From Clostridia bacterium (GTDB taxonomy: Bacteria; Bacillota; Clostridia; Christensenellales; UBA1242), in the NCBI GenBank assembly GCA_017531805.1, contig JAFXKG010000006.1, positions 21,395-85,394 of the forward strand: a stretch of 64,000 nucleotides of DNA. The letters are read 5' to 3'. Positions 1 to 8,871 of the stretch are shown here, one piece after another (the first letter of the stretch is position 1; each line of letters opens with the position of its first letter). Below the pieces are notes generated by a model. It was not told the DNA's origin, searched no databases, and saw nothing but the letters and a program-made list of their open reading frames with translations. Made by a program: the position numbers and the translations under genes.

Positions 1-959
1 CTAATAGGAAAAGTTTGTCTATCCCTGGTGTAAAATTCTCTACACCGTACCTAAATGCTGCAGACAAAAAAGATTTGTTGTGGGCTATAGAAAATGACAT
101 TGATTTTGTTGCCGCAAGTTTTGTTAACTCAAAAGAAGATGTTTTAACTCTTAGAAGATTTATCGCAAAGAACAATGGCGACATGAAAATAATTTCTAAA
201 ATCGAATCTTTGTTAGGTGTTAAAAACATGGACGAAATTATTGACGCTTCAGATGGCTTGATGGTTGCCCGCGGAGATTTGGGTGTAGAGGTGCCAATGA
301 GTAAATTGCCAAACATCCAAAAAACAATGATAAAAAAATCAGTATCTAAAGGTAAAGCAGTTATAACTGCAACAGAGATGTTAGAAAGTATGATTACATC
401 CAATCGTCCTACTCGCGCAGAAGTAAGCGATGTTGCAAATGCTGTTTATGATGGCACAAGTTGTATAATGCTTTCTGGTGAAACTGCTGCTGGTAAATAT
501 CCAGTAGAAGCAGTAAAAATAATGTCTGATGTTGCAGAAGAAACTGAAAAACACATTAAATATGCAAGTCAGTTTACAAAACCAAGTTTTGAGTTAAGTT
601 CAAGCACAGATATGATATCACATAGTGCTGTTGATGCAAGTTTTTCGCACAATATTAAAGCGATTGTGTCATTTACTCATACAGGACTTAGTGCTGGTAT
701 GATAAGCAGATTTAGGCCTAGTGTTAAGGTTTTAGGTTTAACACCAACACCAAAAACTTATCGTCAATTGGATCTAATTTGGGGTGTTACTCCATTGCTT
801 ACACCAGTTTATAACACTACAGATGAAATGTTTGATATTGCAGACGATTTGATAAAGAAAAAAGGTTATGTAAAATCAGGCGATTCCATTATCGTGACTT
901 GTGGTCCGGCTCAACAACCAGGCAAAACCAATATAATGAAAATCACAGAAATAAAATAA
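1..959 (+). CDS. pyk: pyruvate kinase, C-terminal ~318 codons (5' end lies upstream of the window)
   Basis: The frame is open from position 3 to the stop at 957-959. The product carries pyruvate kinase hallmarks (DFVAASFV, MVARGDLGVE, ITATEMLESM, SDVANAVYDGTSCIMLSGETA). Confidence 0.9.
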   Translation, partial: NRKSLSIPGVKFSTPYLNAADKKDLLWAIENDIDFVAASFVNSKEDVLTLRRFIAKNNGDMKIISKIESLLGVKNMDEIIDASDGLMVARGDLGVEVPMSKLPNIQKTMIKKSVSKGKAVITATEMLESMITSNRPTRAEVSDVANAVYDGTSCIMLSGETAAGKYPVEAVKIMSDVAEETEKHIKYASQFTKPSFELSSSTDMISHSAVDASFSHNIKAIVSFTHTGLSAGMISRFRPSVKVLGLTPTPKTYRQLDLIWGVTPLLTPVYNTTDEMFDIADDLIKKKGYVKSGDSIIVTCGPAQQPGKTNIMKITEIK

Positions 960-992
960 TATAATTAATATAATTTGAATATAATACAATAA

Positions 993-1751
993 ATGCAAAA
1001 TCCAATGAAAAAACTTTTTGATAAAACTACAAAGCATGGCAAAGCCATGCGTATAGTTTTTGTTTTGCTTTTGTTTGTAGCGGTTGCTGCTGCAATTTAT
1101 GCGTTTTTAAAATCTACTGGGCTGTGGATAAAAGTCAACTCTATGGATAAAATTAAAGCTATTGTAGAAAGTGGCGGTGCGTTTAGTTTTGTTATCTTTA
1201 TTATATTGCAAATTTTACAAACGACAATATTGCAAATACCTGCATTTTTTGTAACAGTTGCAGGTGCATTGGTTTTTGGTAGATGGCAGACTTTTATTAT
1301 GAGTTATATTGCCGTAATGATTGGTAGTCTAATCATGTTTTGGATTGGCAGAAAAGGTGGCAAAAAGTTTTTAAATTGGTTAGTAGGTGAGGAAGAATCT
1401 CAAAAGTGGCAAACTCGTATGTCGCATGGAAAATATTTGTTTTTGCTTATGATGTTGTTCCCTATGTTCCCAGACGATATATTATGCGTTGTCGCGGGCA
1501 TGACTAATATGAGTTTTAGTTTCTTCTTTTGGACTAACTTGATTGCTCGTGGTTTGGGTATTGCTTGTACAATTTTCTTTGGTAGTGGTGCAATAATACC
1601 TTTTTCCGGTTGGGGATTGATTGCTTGGGGTGGCATAATTTTATTTATAGCATTGTTGTTTTATTTTAGTGTTAAGTATCAAAAGAAAATTGATGAAATA
1701 TTCAGACAATTATTTAAAAAGAATAAAAAAATCAAAAAAGGCAATAAATAA
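993..1751 (+). CDS. TVP38/TMEM64-family (DedA-superfamily) integral membrane protein
   Basis: 252-aa ORF with several hydrophobic spans. Segments FGRWQTFIMSYIAVMIGSLIMFWIGRKGGKKF and FPDDILCVVAGMT resemble the family signature as I recall it. A start at M5 is also possible. Confidence 0.6.
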   Translation: MQNPMKKLFDKTTKHGKAMRIVFVLLLFVAVAAAIYAFLKSTGLWIKVNSMDKIKAIVESGGAFSFVIFIILQILQTTILQIPAFFVTVAGALVFGRWQTFIMSYIAVMIGSLIMFWIGRKGGKKFLNWLVGEEESQKWQTRMSHGKYLFLLMMLFPMFPDDILCVVAGMTNMSFSFFFWTNLIARGLGIACTIFFGSGAIIPFSGWGLIAWGGIILFIALLFYFSVKYQKKIDEIFRQLFKKNKKIKKGNK

Positions 1752-1839
1752 TGTTGTCTTTTTTGTAAAAACAAATCAATTATTTTAAATTTGCTTGACA
1801 AAGAAAAATTAAAAGTGAAATAATAATTGTGGAGGGATT

Positions 1840-2961
1840 ATGGGATTTTTTAGTAAACAATTATTAGAAGTTATAGAATGGAAAGATGCTTCTAACGATG
1901 TGTTAGTATATCGTTTTCCAATGACAAAAAGAGAAGAAATTATGAATAGTTCAACTTTGGTTGTAAGAGAAAGTCAAGTTGCTCTATTTATACATAAAGG
2001 TGAAATTGCTGATGTCTTTGGCCCGGGTACATACAAGTTGGCAACAGAAAATATTCCGTTTTTGACAAAAATGTTAAGTTTGTCAACAGGATTTAACTCT
2101 CGTATCAAAGCAGAAGTATATTTTATCAATACAAAAAGATTTATGGGGCTTAAGTGGGGCACTCAAAATCCTATCATGATGAGAGATATAGATTTTGGGC
2201 ATATCCGTTTGCGTGGGTATGGTACTTTTGCAATTAAAGTTGTAGATCCTTCAAAGTTTATGAAGGAGTGTTTTGGCACAAACCCTATTTTTAGAGTAAA
2301 TGATATTTCTACTCAATATAAATCTAGTTTGATTCAAATCTTGACAGATGTAATTGCAGAAAGCAAAATCGGTGCATTGGACCTTGCTGCAAAATATAAA
2401 GAATTAAGCAAGAAAGTGGAAGAACACGCAAAAGAAGAATTTGATGCTCTTGGTTTAAAAGTTTCAAATTTTGTGATTGAAAACTTGTCACTTCCTGAAG
2501 ATGTGGAAAAGATGCTTGACGAAAGGACAAAAATGGGTGTTATTGCTGATCAAATGGGCACTTATACTCAATATAAGGCAGCAAACGCAATGGGAGATGC
2601 TGCAAAAAATCCTAATGGCGGCAACCTCGCTGGTCTTGGTATTGGTTTGGGTGCAGGCGCTCATATGGGAGACATTTTCTCAGATTCGATTTCAAGTGCA
2701 AAAAATCGTAAACGCGATGTTGTTGTGGAATGTGTTAAATGTGGTGCGTCTATGCCAGGTAAATCAAAGTTCTGCCCTGAGTGTGGTGCAACACAAGCAT
2801 TGTCTTGCCCTAAGTGTGGCGAACCTATAAGCAAAGGTAGCAAATTTTGTGTAAATTGTGGCGAAAAACTTACAGTTAGTGGCAAAGTTTGTGGTAAATG
2901 TGGTAAAGAACTTGCTCCAGGTGCAAAATTCTGTCCAGATTGTGGAGAAAAGGTTAAATAG
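1840..2961 (+). CDS. SPFH/band-7 domain protein (YdjI/COG4260-like) with three C-terminal zinc ribbons
   Basis: RBS GGAGGG lies upstream of the ATG. The N-terminal ~280 aa look SPFH-like. The C-terminus has three CxxC..CxxC ribbons (CVKCG..CPECG, CPKCG..CVNCG, CGKCG..CPDCG). Confidence 0.65.
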   Translation: MGFFSKQLLEVIEWKDASNDVLVYRFPMTKREEIMNSSTLVVRESQVALFIHKGEIADVFGPGTYKLATENIPFLTKMLSLSTGFNSRIKAEVYFINTKRFMGLKWGTQNPIMMRDIDFGHIRLRGYGTFAIKVVDPSKFMKECFGTNPIFRVNDISTQYKSSLIQILTDVIAESKIGALDLAAKYKELSKKVEEHAKEEFDALGLKVSNFVIENLSLPEDVEKMLDERTKMGVIADQMGTYTQYKAANAMGDAAKNPNGGNLAGLGIGLGAGAHMGDIFSDSISSAKNRKRDVVVECVKCGASMPGKSKFCPECGATQALSCPKCGEPISKGSKFCVNCGEKLTVSGKVCGKCGKELAPGAKFCPDCGEKVK

Positions 2962-2969
2962 GAGGATTT

Positions 2970-3413
2970 ATGTGTCTATTTAAATATAAAGAAAAAAGAT
3001 ACGGCAAATTAACATTAATTTTGGTTTCTCTTGCACTGATTGCGTTAGCGGCTGCTAGTGTTTGGGGTGGCGTGTATGCGTTAAAACATATGGTGCATTG
3101 GTCTAGATATATTATTATCGTTGTTGCTTCTATCGTTGGATTGGGCTTGTTGGGCTTTGGCGGATTTATGTTTTCAGTTGCTTTAAGTATGTCTGGCAAA
3201 TCAAAAAGCGTGCGCGATGGCAACAAAGCAAAAGGTATTTCTGGCACAAGACTTTGCGATGTTTGTGGTAGAGTTATATCTAAAAAAGCAGAGTTTTGTG
3301 AACATTGTGGAGATAGACAACAAACTGGTCTTGGTGTTAAACAATGTCCAAACTGCAAAACAAAAAATAGTGCCACTGCAGCATTTTGCGAAAAATGCGG
3401 TACAAAATTTTAA
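2970..3413 (+). CDS. membrane protein with two C-terminal zinc ribbons
   Basis: AGGAGG RBS; the ORF starts 9 nt after the previous stop. It has two hydrophobic helices followed by CDVCG..CEHCG and CPNCK..CEKCG. An intrinsic terminator follows. Confidence 0.55.
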   Translation: MCLFKYKEKRYGKLTLILVSLALIALAAASVWGGVYALKHMVHWSRYIIIVVASIVGLGLLGFGGFMFSVALSMSGKSKSVRDGNKAKGISGTRLCDVCGRVISKKAEFCEHCGDRQQTGLGVKQCPNCKTKNSATAAFCEKCGTKF

Positions 3414-3417
3414 CTTT

Positions 3418-3446
3418 TAAAGAAGGTTATATTACCTTCTTTTTTA
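3418..3446 (+). terminator. intrinsic terminator
   Basis: Stem AGAAGGT (3421-3427) / ACCTTCT (3434-3440) followed by a T-run at 3441-3446. Confidence 0.8.
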
Positions 3447-3668
3447 TTGCTAACAACAGACTAAATTTACGAGCGTAGTCAAGTGAATTAGTTTATTATT
3501 AATAGTAAGTTTGTTTTTAATTAACAAGTGACAACAAGCGTAATTTTTGTTGTATTTTATATTACTTTCAAAAAAGACATTATTAGACAAAATATTACAA
3601 ATTCTCTCTAAGCTTTTGTTTTGATTTGATAAATATATTTTGTAACATTTAAAGGCAAAGGGGGAAAC

Positions 3669-4010
3669 ATGAAAAGAAAAGTAAAAGGTAAATTATATTT
3701 TTTGGCAAAAGACGCCAAATCACGCATGAAAAACTATAACAAAGAAAAATCTATTTTTGAGCAAATACCATACGCAAAGGCATGTTTTGGTGTGCACGAG
3801 CAAGAATTGTACGAGCGAGTATGCAGATTGCTTTCTCGTGATGAGATTGTGATAAACCCTATCCAAGAGTTAGTAGACCATAAATATTACAGCACCTTGT
3901 CACTAGAGGCAAAGCAAAAATACATATTTGATTTATCTGAAAAATATAAAGAAATGAAACTTCGTTTTGAGCGTGAAAGAGTGGAACTTGCAAAGGTGTC
4001 AAATATATAA
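3669..4010 (+). CDS. hypothetical protein (Lys-rich, 113 aa)
   Basis: Strong RBS (aaagggggaaacATG). No family recognised. Confidence 0.45.
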   Translation: MKRKVKGKLYFLAKDAKSRMKNYNKEKSIFEQIPYAKACFGVHEQELYERVCRLLSRDEIVINPIQELVDHKYYSTLSLEAKQKYIFDLSEKYKEMKLRFERERVELAKVSNI

Positions 4011-4066
4011 AATTATTTTGTACAAAATTGTTGACATTTTTACAAAATAGTGTTAATCTCGTAAAC

Positions 4067-4477
4067 ATGACTACTTTAAACTACTGCATAGAAACTGCTG
4101 CAAGATACAACAAAGAAATTGTATTTGATAAGGTATGTGCTTATCTTAAAATAGAAAAACCAAAAATGTATAGCGAAACAATAGAAGAAGGTATTAAAGA
4201 ACTTTGTGTTGCAAGGATGTGCAAATCGATAGGTATAAAATGTGCATACAACTACAAAAGCAAGTTCTTTAACTTTTTTTCTATGGTTGTGGGCGAAGCT
4301 ATTTCGCAAGAACTAGATTTAAGATTATCCATAGCGGATGCAGAAATAAGATTGATTAGGTACGACAAAATAAATTTGGTTAATCAAATTAGGTTTTTTT
4401 TAATTTCTTCTAATGTTGACGAGGCTTTTATAGACGCGTTTAACTTTTTGGATAAATTTAAATTTTTGGCAAAATAA
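4067..4477 (+). CDS. hypothetical protein (136 aa from the ATG at 4067)
   Basis: The ORF track starts at TTG 4028, but a TTGACA(4031-4036)-17 nt-TAATCT(4054-4059) promoter lies inside that extension. The first ATG (4067) is 7 nt after the -10 and has no RBS, so the transcript may be leaderless. Confidence 0.35.
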   Translation: MTTLNYCIETAARYNKEIVFDKVCAYLKIEKPKMYSETIEEGIKELCVARMCKSIGIKCAYNYKSKFFNFFSMVVGEAISQELDLRLSIADAEIRLIRYDKINLVNQIRFFLISSNVDEAFIDAFNFLDKFKFLAK

Positions 4478-4554
4478 ACAATATACTTTGCTTTGATTGA
4501 ACTTGATTTTTTTGTATAAAAAACAAATATTTATAAAAAAAGTTTAGATGTTGT

Positions 4555-5241
4555 CTAAACTTTTTTTGCTATGATATTGCCAGTATTTGCGTCAATAAGC
4601 ACACCTAAAGTCTCGCCATTTGTGGCAATTATACCAACATACCAATAATATGTTTTTAACTCGCTGTTAGAATAATCTTTTAAAATTTTCATCACAACTT
4701 CTATTTTGTTGTTTTTGTCGCTTGTAATGTTTTTAATTTCTTCTTCTAGGGTTTGATTTGCAATATTTAATGCTGTTGTTTTGTCCACAGCAAAGTTTAC
4801 AGAAGTATTTTCAAGGTCTTGATTAAAGGCATAACCTGTAAAAGTGATTTGCACATTTACACTTGCATCTGCTGGCACTGCTACGCCTAAATCTATAGCG
4901 TAAGAATTGTCATAAGGGCTTTTTTCTAATGTCCCAGTATAGTTTTGTTCGTTTATCGTTACATTGTATCGATAGGTGTCGTTTGCAAGTGGATTGCTGT
5001 CAAGACGCATAAATGTAACCACTGCAAAATCTATCATATTGCCAACAATTCCGTCAAGAGAATAGTTTTCTTCTCTCAAACCAGAAGAAAGTGTTGCAGA
5101 ATACAAACTGTCTTGTCCGGTAAAAAGTTGATTTCGTTCTTCTATCACATAATCTGCAATATTTATTTTTGTTTTTCCACATGCAGATAATGACAAAACA
5201 GAAACAATAAGCGCAACAAAAATCAAAAGTTTTTTCTTCAT
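4555..5241 (-). CDS. lipoprotein with PepSY-like C-terminus
   Basis: Signal peptide with lipobox (LSLSAC). The C-terminal GVLIDANTGNIIAKK resembles PepSY domain ends. Confidence 0.55.
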   Translation of the reverse strand: MKKKLLIFVALIVSVLSLSACGKTKINIADYVIEERNQLFTGQDSLYSATLSSGLREENYSLDGIVGNMIDFAVVTFMRLDSNPLANDTYRYNVTINEQNYTGTLEKSPYDNSYAIDLGVAVPADASVNVQITFTGYAFNQDLENTSVNFAVDKTTALNIANQTLEEEIKNITSDKNNKIEVVMKILKDYSNSELKTYYWYVGIIATNGETLGVLIDANTGNIIAKKV

Positions 5242-5339
5242 AAAATCTCCTTAAATTTCTGATAAAATATTGTATTAACTTGTCCCTAAAATTAGAACAA
5301 AACATTGACAAAAACTCACAAATATTTTACAATTTTTTT

Positions 5340-6203
5340 ATGCTATGTAATCAGTGTCCACGCGCTTGCAATGTAGATAGAAACAAATCTAAAGGTTATT
5401 GCGGTACAAAGGACAAAATAAAAATCAGCAAGGTTATGTTGCACCATTACGAAGAGCCAATAATCAGCGGACAAGAAAAAGATATTGGCAGTGGTGCAAT
5501 CTTTTTTGCGGGTTGCAATCTTAAATGTGTATATTGCCAAAACTATCCAATCAGCCACAATGCAAAAGGCAAAAATACAAGCGTAAAAAAACTTGTCAAA
5601 ATCATAAAGAAACTAGAAAAAAAGGGTGCATACAACATTAACTTTGTTACACCTACACATTATGCTGATATGATTATCCAAGCTCTTAAAATCTACAAAC
5701 CTAAAATACCAGTTGTGTGGAATAGTAGCGGATACGAAACAGTAGAAATGGTGGAAGAACTAGGTAATTATGTGGATATCTTTTTGGTAGATTTAAAGTA
5801 TATGGACAACGCCATTGCACTTAAATATAGCAAGGCAAAAGACTATGTGGAAACTGCCACAAAAGCAATCAAAAAAATGAAAGAATTACAACCTGTCGAC
5901 ATAATAAAAAACGGACTTATGAAAAAATGTATAATTATCCGTCACCTTGTGTTGCCAACGCATACGGACAATAGTTTAAAGTGTTTAGATTTTGTTGCAA
6001 ATCAAATTGGCAAGGATAGTATCGTAAGCATCATGAGCCAGTACGAACCGCGATACAAAGCACAAAATTATCCAGAAATCAATCGCAAACTAAAACCAAT
6101 AGAATATAAGCGAGTTGTATCATATGCAATTAAACTTGGTTTAAACAATGCATATACTCAAGATATGTCCAGTGCTGATAGCAAATATACTCCAAAATTT
6201 TAA
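5340..6203 (+). CDS. radical SAM protein, PflX-like (COG1313 type)
   Basis: CNLKCVYCQN matches the CxxxCxxC radical-SAM motif, and the N-terminal CNQCPRAC..GYCG forms an extra Cys cluster. I prefer the ATG at 5340 over the TTG at 5280 used in the ORF track. Confidence 0.75.
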   Translation: MLCNQCPRACNVDRNKSKGYCGTKDKIKISKVMLHHYEEPIISGQEKDIGSGAIFFAGCNLKCVYCQNYPISHNAKGKNTSVKKLVKIIKKLEKKGAYNINFVTPTHYADMIIQALKIYKPKIPVVWNSSGYETVEMVEELGNYVDIFLVDLKYMDNAIALKYSKAKDYVETATKAIKKMKELQPVDIIKNGLMKKCIIIRHLVLPTHTDNSLKCLDFVANQIGKDSIVSIMSQYEPRYKAQNYPEINRKLKPIEYKRVVSYAIKLGLNNAYTQDMSSADSKYTPKF

Positions 6204-6257
6204 AACAACCAAACAAATTTTGTATGGATATAATACAACAACCAATTTATAAAAAAC

Positions 6258-6286
6258 TAAAAAACCGACATTTTTGTCGGTTTTTT
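6258..6286. terminator. bidirectional intrinsic terminator between convergent genes
   Basis: Stem CCGACA (6265-6270) / TGTCGG (6275-6280), flanked by an A-run and a T-run. Confidence 0.8.
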
Positions 6287-6707
6287 AATATTTTGCAATT
6301 CTTCTTGCGTGGCGACCGCCTTCAAACTCGCTTGTTAAAAACACTTGTATTATCTTGATTGCTTTTCTAAAAGAAATAAACCTTGCGCCAATAGTCAAAA
6401 CATTTGCATCTTCATCCTTACGAGCAAAGAAAGCCTCTACAGTGTCACTTGCGCAAATTGCGCGTATGCCTTTGTTTCTGTTTGCAACAATATTGGCACC
6501 AGCACCACTACCGCACATAAATATGCCACAATTATCTTCGTCCTTTAGCACTTCTTCAGTTGCGGGTTGTATCAAATCTGGATAATCATCTTCCGCATCA
6601 AATTCTTTTGGCCCCATATAATTATATTCTATATTATGCTTATCAAAATATTTCATCAACTTTTGCATATAATCAAAGCCTGCATGGTCGCAAGACAAAA
6701 TAATCAT
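6285..6707 (-). CDS. rpiB: ribose-5-phosphate isomerase B (RpiB/LacAB family)
   Basis: 140 aa. Contains MIILSCDHAGF and CGSGAGANIVANRNKGIRA, typical of RpiB. Confidence 0.85.
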   Translation of the reverse strand: MIILSCDHAGFDYMQKLMKYFDKHNIEYNYMGPKEFDAEDDYPDLIQPATEEVLKDEDNCGIFMCGSGAGANIVANRNKGIRAICASDTVEAFFARKDEDANVLTIGARFISFRKAIKIIQVFLTSEFEGGRHARRIAKY

Positions 6708-6831
6708 GATAAAACCCTCCTAATTTATATGAATATTGTAAACTAAATATCAAAAAAAATCAAACAAAAATACATCAAATAAGTTTTATTGATAGATTTA
6801 CAATACAACAAATATATGTTATAATATAAAT

Positions 6832-7302
6832 ATGGAATTTTTTAAAAACAAAATATGTCCAAGATGTGGCAAAAAAGTAGACAAATCAATTGTTGTATGT
6901 CCGTCTTGCCAATTAAATTATGACAAATTTAACACTGCAACAAATGCCGAAGCAAAACAGGCCTTGGCGCAAGGGGAAACTGACCGCGTGCTTATGCGTA
7001 CAGGTTATCCAAGCGATGTCAAAAAATGGAAACTGATTTTGCTTACAATATTTTTAGGTTTTACAGGTGCACATTATTATTATGTAGGTCGCAAAAAAAT
7101 GGGTTTGTTTTTTACCGCGTTTTTCATTGTAGGTATAACGCATGCAATCATCACTGCGTATGTCGATGCATCGCCAAAAGGTGATTTGTGGCAAATTTTT
7201 ACAATGCTGACACTAATTTGGGGAGTGGTTGCAGTTTTATGGTTGGCAGATATTGCAAAAGTTGTGTTTAATAGATTTAAAATACCAGTAAGTAGAAATT
7301 AA
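6832..7302 (+). CDS. zinc-ribbon / TM2 domain membrane protein
   Basis: N-terminal CPRCG..CPSC ribbon. FLGFTGAHYYYVGRKKMG matches the TM2 domain signature. Confidence 0.7.
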   Translation: MEFFKNKICPRCGKKVDKSIVVCPSCQLNYDKFNTATNAEAKQALAQGETDRVLMRTGYPSDVKKWKLILLTIFLGFTGAHYYYVGRKKMGLFFTAFFIVGITHAIITAYVDASPKGDLWQIFTMLTLIWGVVAVLWLADIAKVVFNRFKIPVSRN

Positions 7303-7313
7303 AAGGAAGATAT

Positions 7314-8380
7314 ATGCAAAAACAGTAGTAGTTGGTTTAAGCGGTGGCGTAGATAGTTCGGTGGCGGCATATTTGCTTAAGCAACAAGGTTTTAAAGTTG
7401 TCGGTCTGCACATGAGGGGAGAAAATCAACAAACCAGACAAGAAGACGAAAATCGCGTAAAAGAACTTTGTGATAAGTTAGATATAGATTGCGTGGTTGT
7501 AGACTATCAAGACCATATGAAAATTGTCAAAGATTATTTTGTAAACGAGTATTTAGCAGGTAGAACTCCAAATCCATGTGTAGTCTGCAACAAAGAAGTT
7601 AAATTTAAACCGTTTTTAGACTATATGCAAACTCTTAGTGCAGATTACTTTGCAACAGGTCATTATGCTATTGTAGAACATAACGCAAATGGAACAATCT
7701 TAAAAAAAGCAACAGACAAAGATAAGGACCAATCATATTTCCTTTGTAAATTGTCAAACCAACAAATCTCTAAAGTTTTGTTCCCTTTAGGAGAACTTAC
7801 AAAACAACAAGTCAAACAAATTGCGCAAGACAACAATCTTATAACAAAAAACACAAAAGAAAGTTATGATGTTTGTTTTTTAGGTTCGCAAAAATTTAAA
7901 GATTTTATGACAAAAAACTATCCAGAAAAAGCAGGCAATATTGTAGATGTAAAAACTAATACAATTTTAGGTCAGCACACAGGTATATCAAAATATACAA
8001 TTGGTCAACGCCGTGGTTTAAATATTGGTGGCAAAAATGGTTTTGATGCAGATAGGTGGTTTGTTGTCAAAAAGGACATTGCAACAAACACCTTGTATGT
8101 AAGTTGTGGCGAGTGTGAAGAAATGTATTCAACCTCTTGTCTGGTTAAAGATTTTAATTGGATAACAAAAAAACCATTGCAAGACTTTGATTGCTTTGCC
8201 AAGTTGCGTTATCGTCAACAAGACCAAAAAGTGCAAGTTAAACTTTTAGATGACGATAAAGTTTTACTAAAGTTTTACACAAAACAACGCGCAGTTACAG
8301 TTGGACAGTTTGCAGTTTTGTATTCAGAAGATGGCACATGTTATGGTGGCGGAACAATTGCAGAATTATTTAACGAATAG
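7314..8380 (+). CDS. mnmA: tRNA 2-thiouridine(34) synthase MnmA (apparent 1-nt frameshift right after the start codon)
   Basis: PP-loop VVVGLSGGVDSSV and conserved NPCVVCN. The well-placed ATG at 7314 is out of frame with the body, and adding one A to the A5 run (7318-7322) restores MQKTVVVGLSGG. Confidence 0.85.
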
Positions 8381-8387
8381 TTTAAAA

Positions 8388-8428
8388 AAATTAGCAATTT
8401 AATTTTTGTAAAGTTGCTAATTTTTTTT
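8388..8428 (+). terminator. intrinsic terminator after mnmA
   Basis: Stem TTAGCAA (8391-8397) / TTGCTAA (8414-8420) followed by a T8 run. Confidence 0.65.
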
Positions 8429-8567
8429 ATTATTAAATAAAAATATTGTAATGATAAAATGTTTTATATTAAAAATCATCTATTTTTAAGTGGTTTTTAA
8501 AAATAAAAAAATTTAGCACTAAAAAAATAAAAATTTTAAAAAAAATTTAAAAAATGCAAAAAAATGT

Positions 8568-8597
8568 TTGACTATTATTGTCGAAATGCGGTAACAT
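8568..8597 (+). promoter_or_regulatory. putative sigma-70 promoter of the TasA-like gene with an embedded 0A-box heptamer
   Basis: TTGACT (8568-8573), 18-nt spacer, TAACAT (8592-8597). The spacer contains an exact TGTCGAA (8579-8585). Phased A-tracts lie upstream (8498-8564). Confidence 0.45.
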
Positions 8598-8654
8598 TAT
8601 GTTGAAAGTAGTCGATGTCGATGTAGATTGCTTTTAAGAGAGATAACTCTTTAA

Positions 8655-8678
8655 CAAACAAATTTGCAAATTTGTTTG
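8655..8678. repeat. perfect 24-bp palindrome in the long leader of the TasA-like gene
   Basis: CAAACAAATTTG|CAAATTTGTTTG reads identically on both strands. It could be an operator or a stabilising 5'-UTR hairpin. Confidence 0.7.
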
Positions 8679-8871
8679 GTGTTTAGGTACACTAACAAAG
8701 TTATACAAAAGATTTTTATATTCACCATCCAAAAGGATGAAACCATTAGGGGAAGGGTGAACTAAAAATCCAAACTCAACATGTCTATCAGGATGTTTGT
8801 TGGGTTTTAAATAAAACATTGGATAAACCTAAATTTATCCAAAATAAAATTTAAAAAGGGGAAATTAAAAA

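Noticed and set aside
8634-8819. 61-aa minus-strand ORF in the leader region.
   Set aside because: It has no RBS, runs antisense to a likely 5' UTR, and has low-complexity AT-driven composition.
8600-8871. Riboswitch (e.g. c-di-GMP class) in the long leader of the TasA-like gene.
   Set aside because: I could not find the conserved GEMM-I/II sequence blocks I remember. It is kept only as a generic structured leader.
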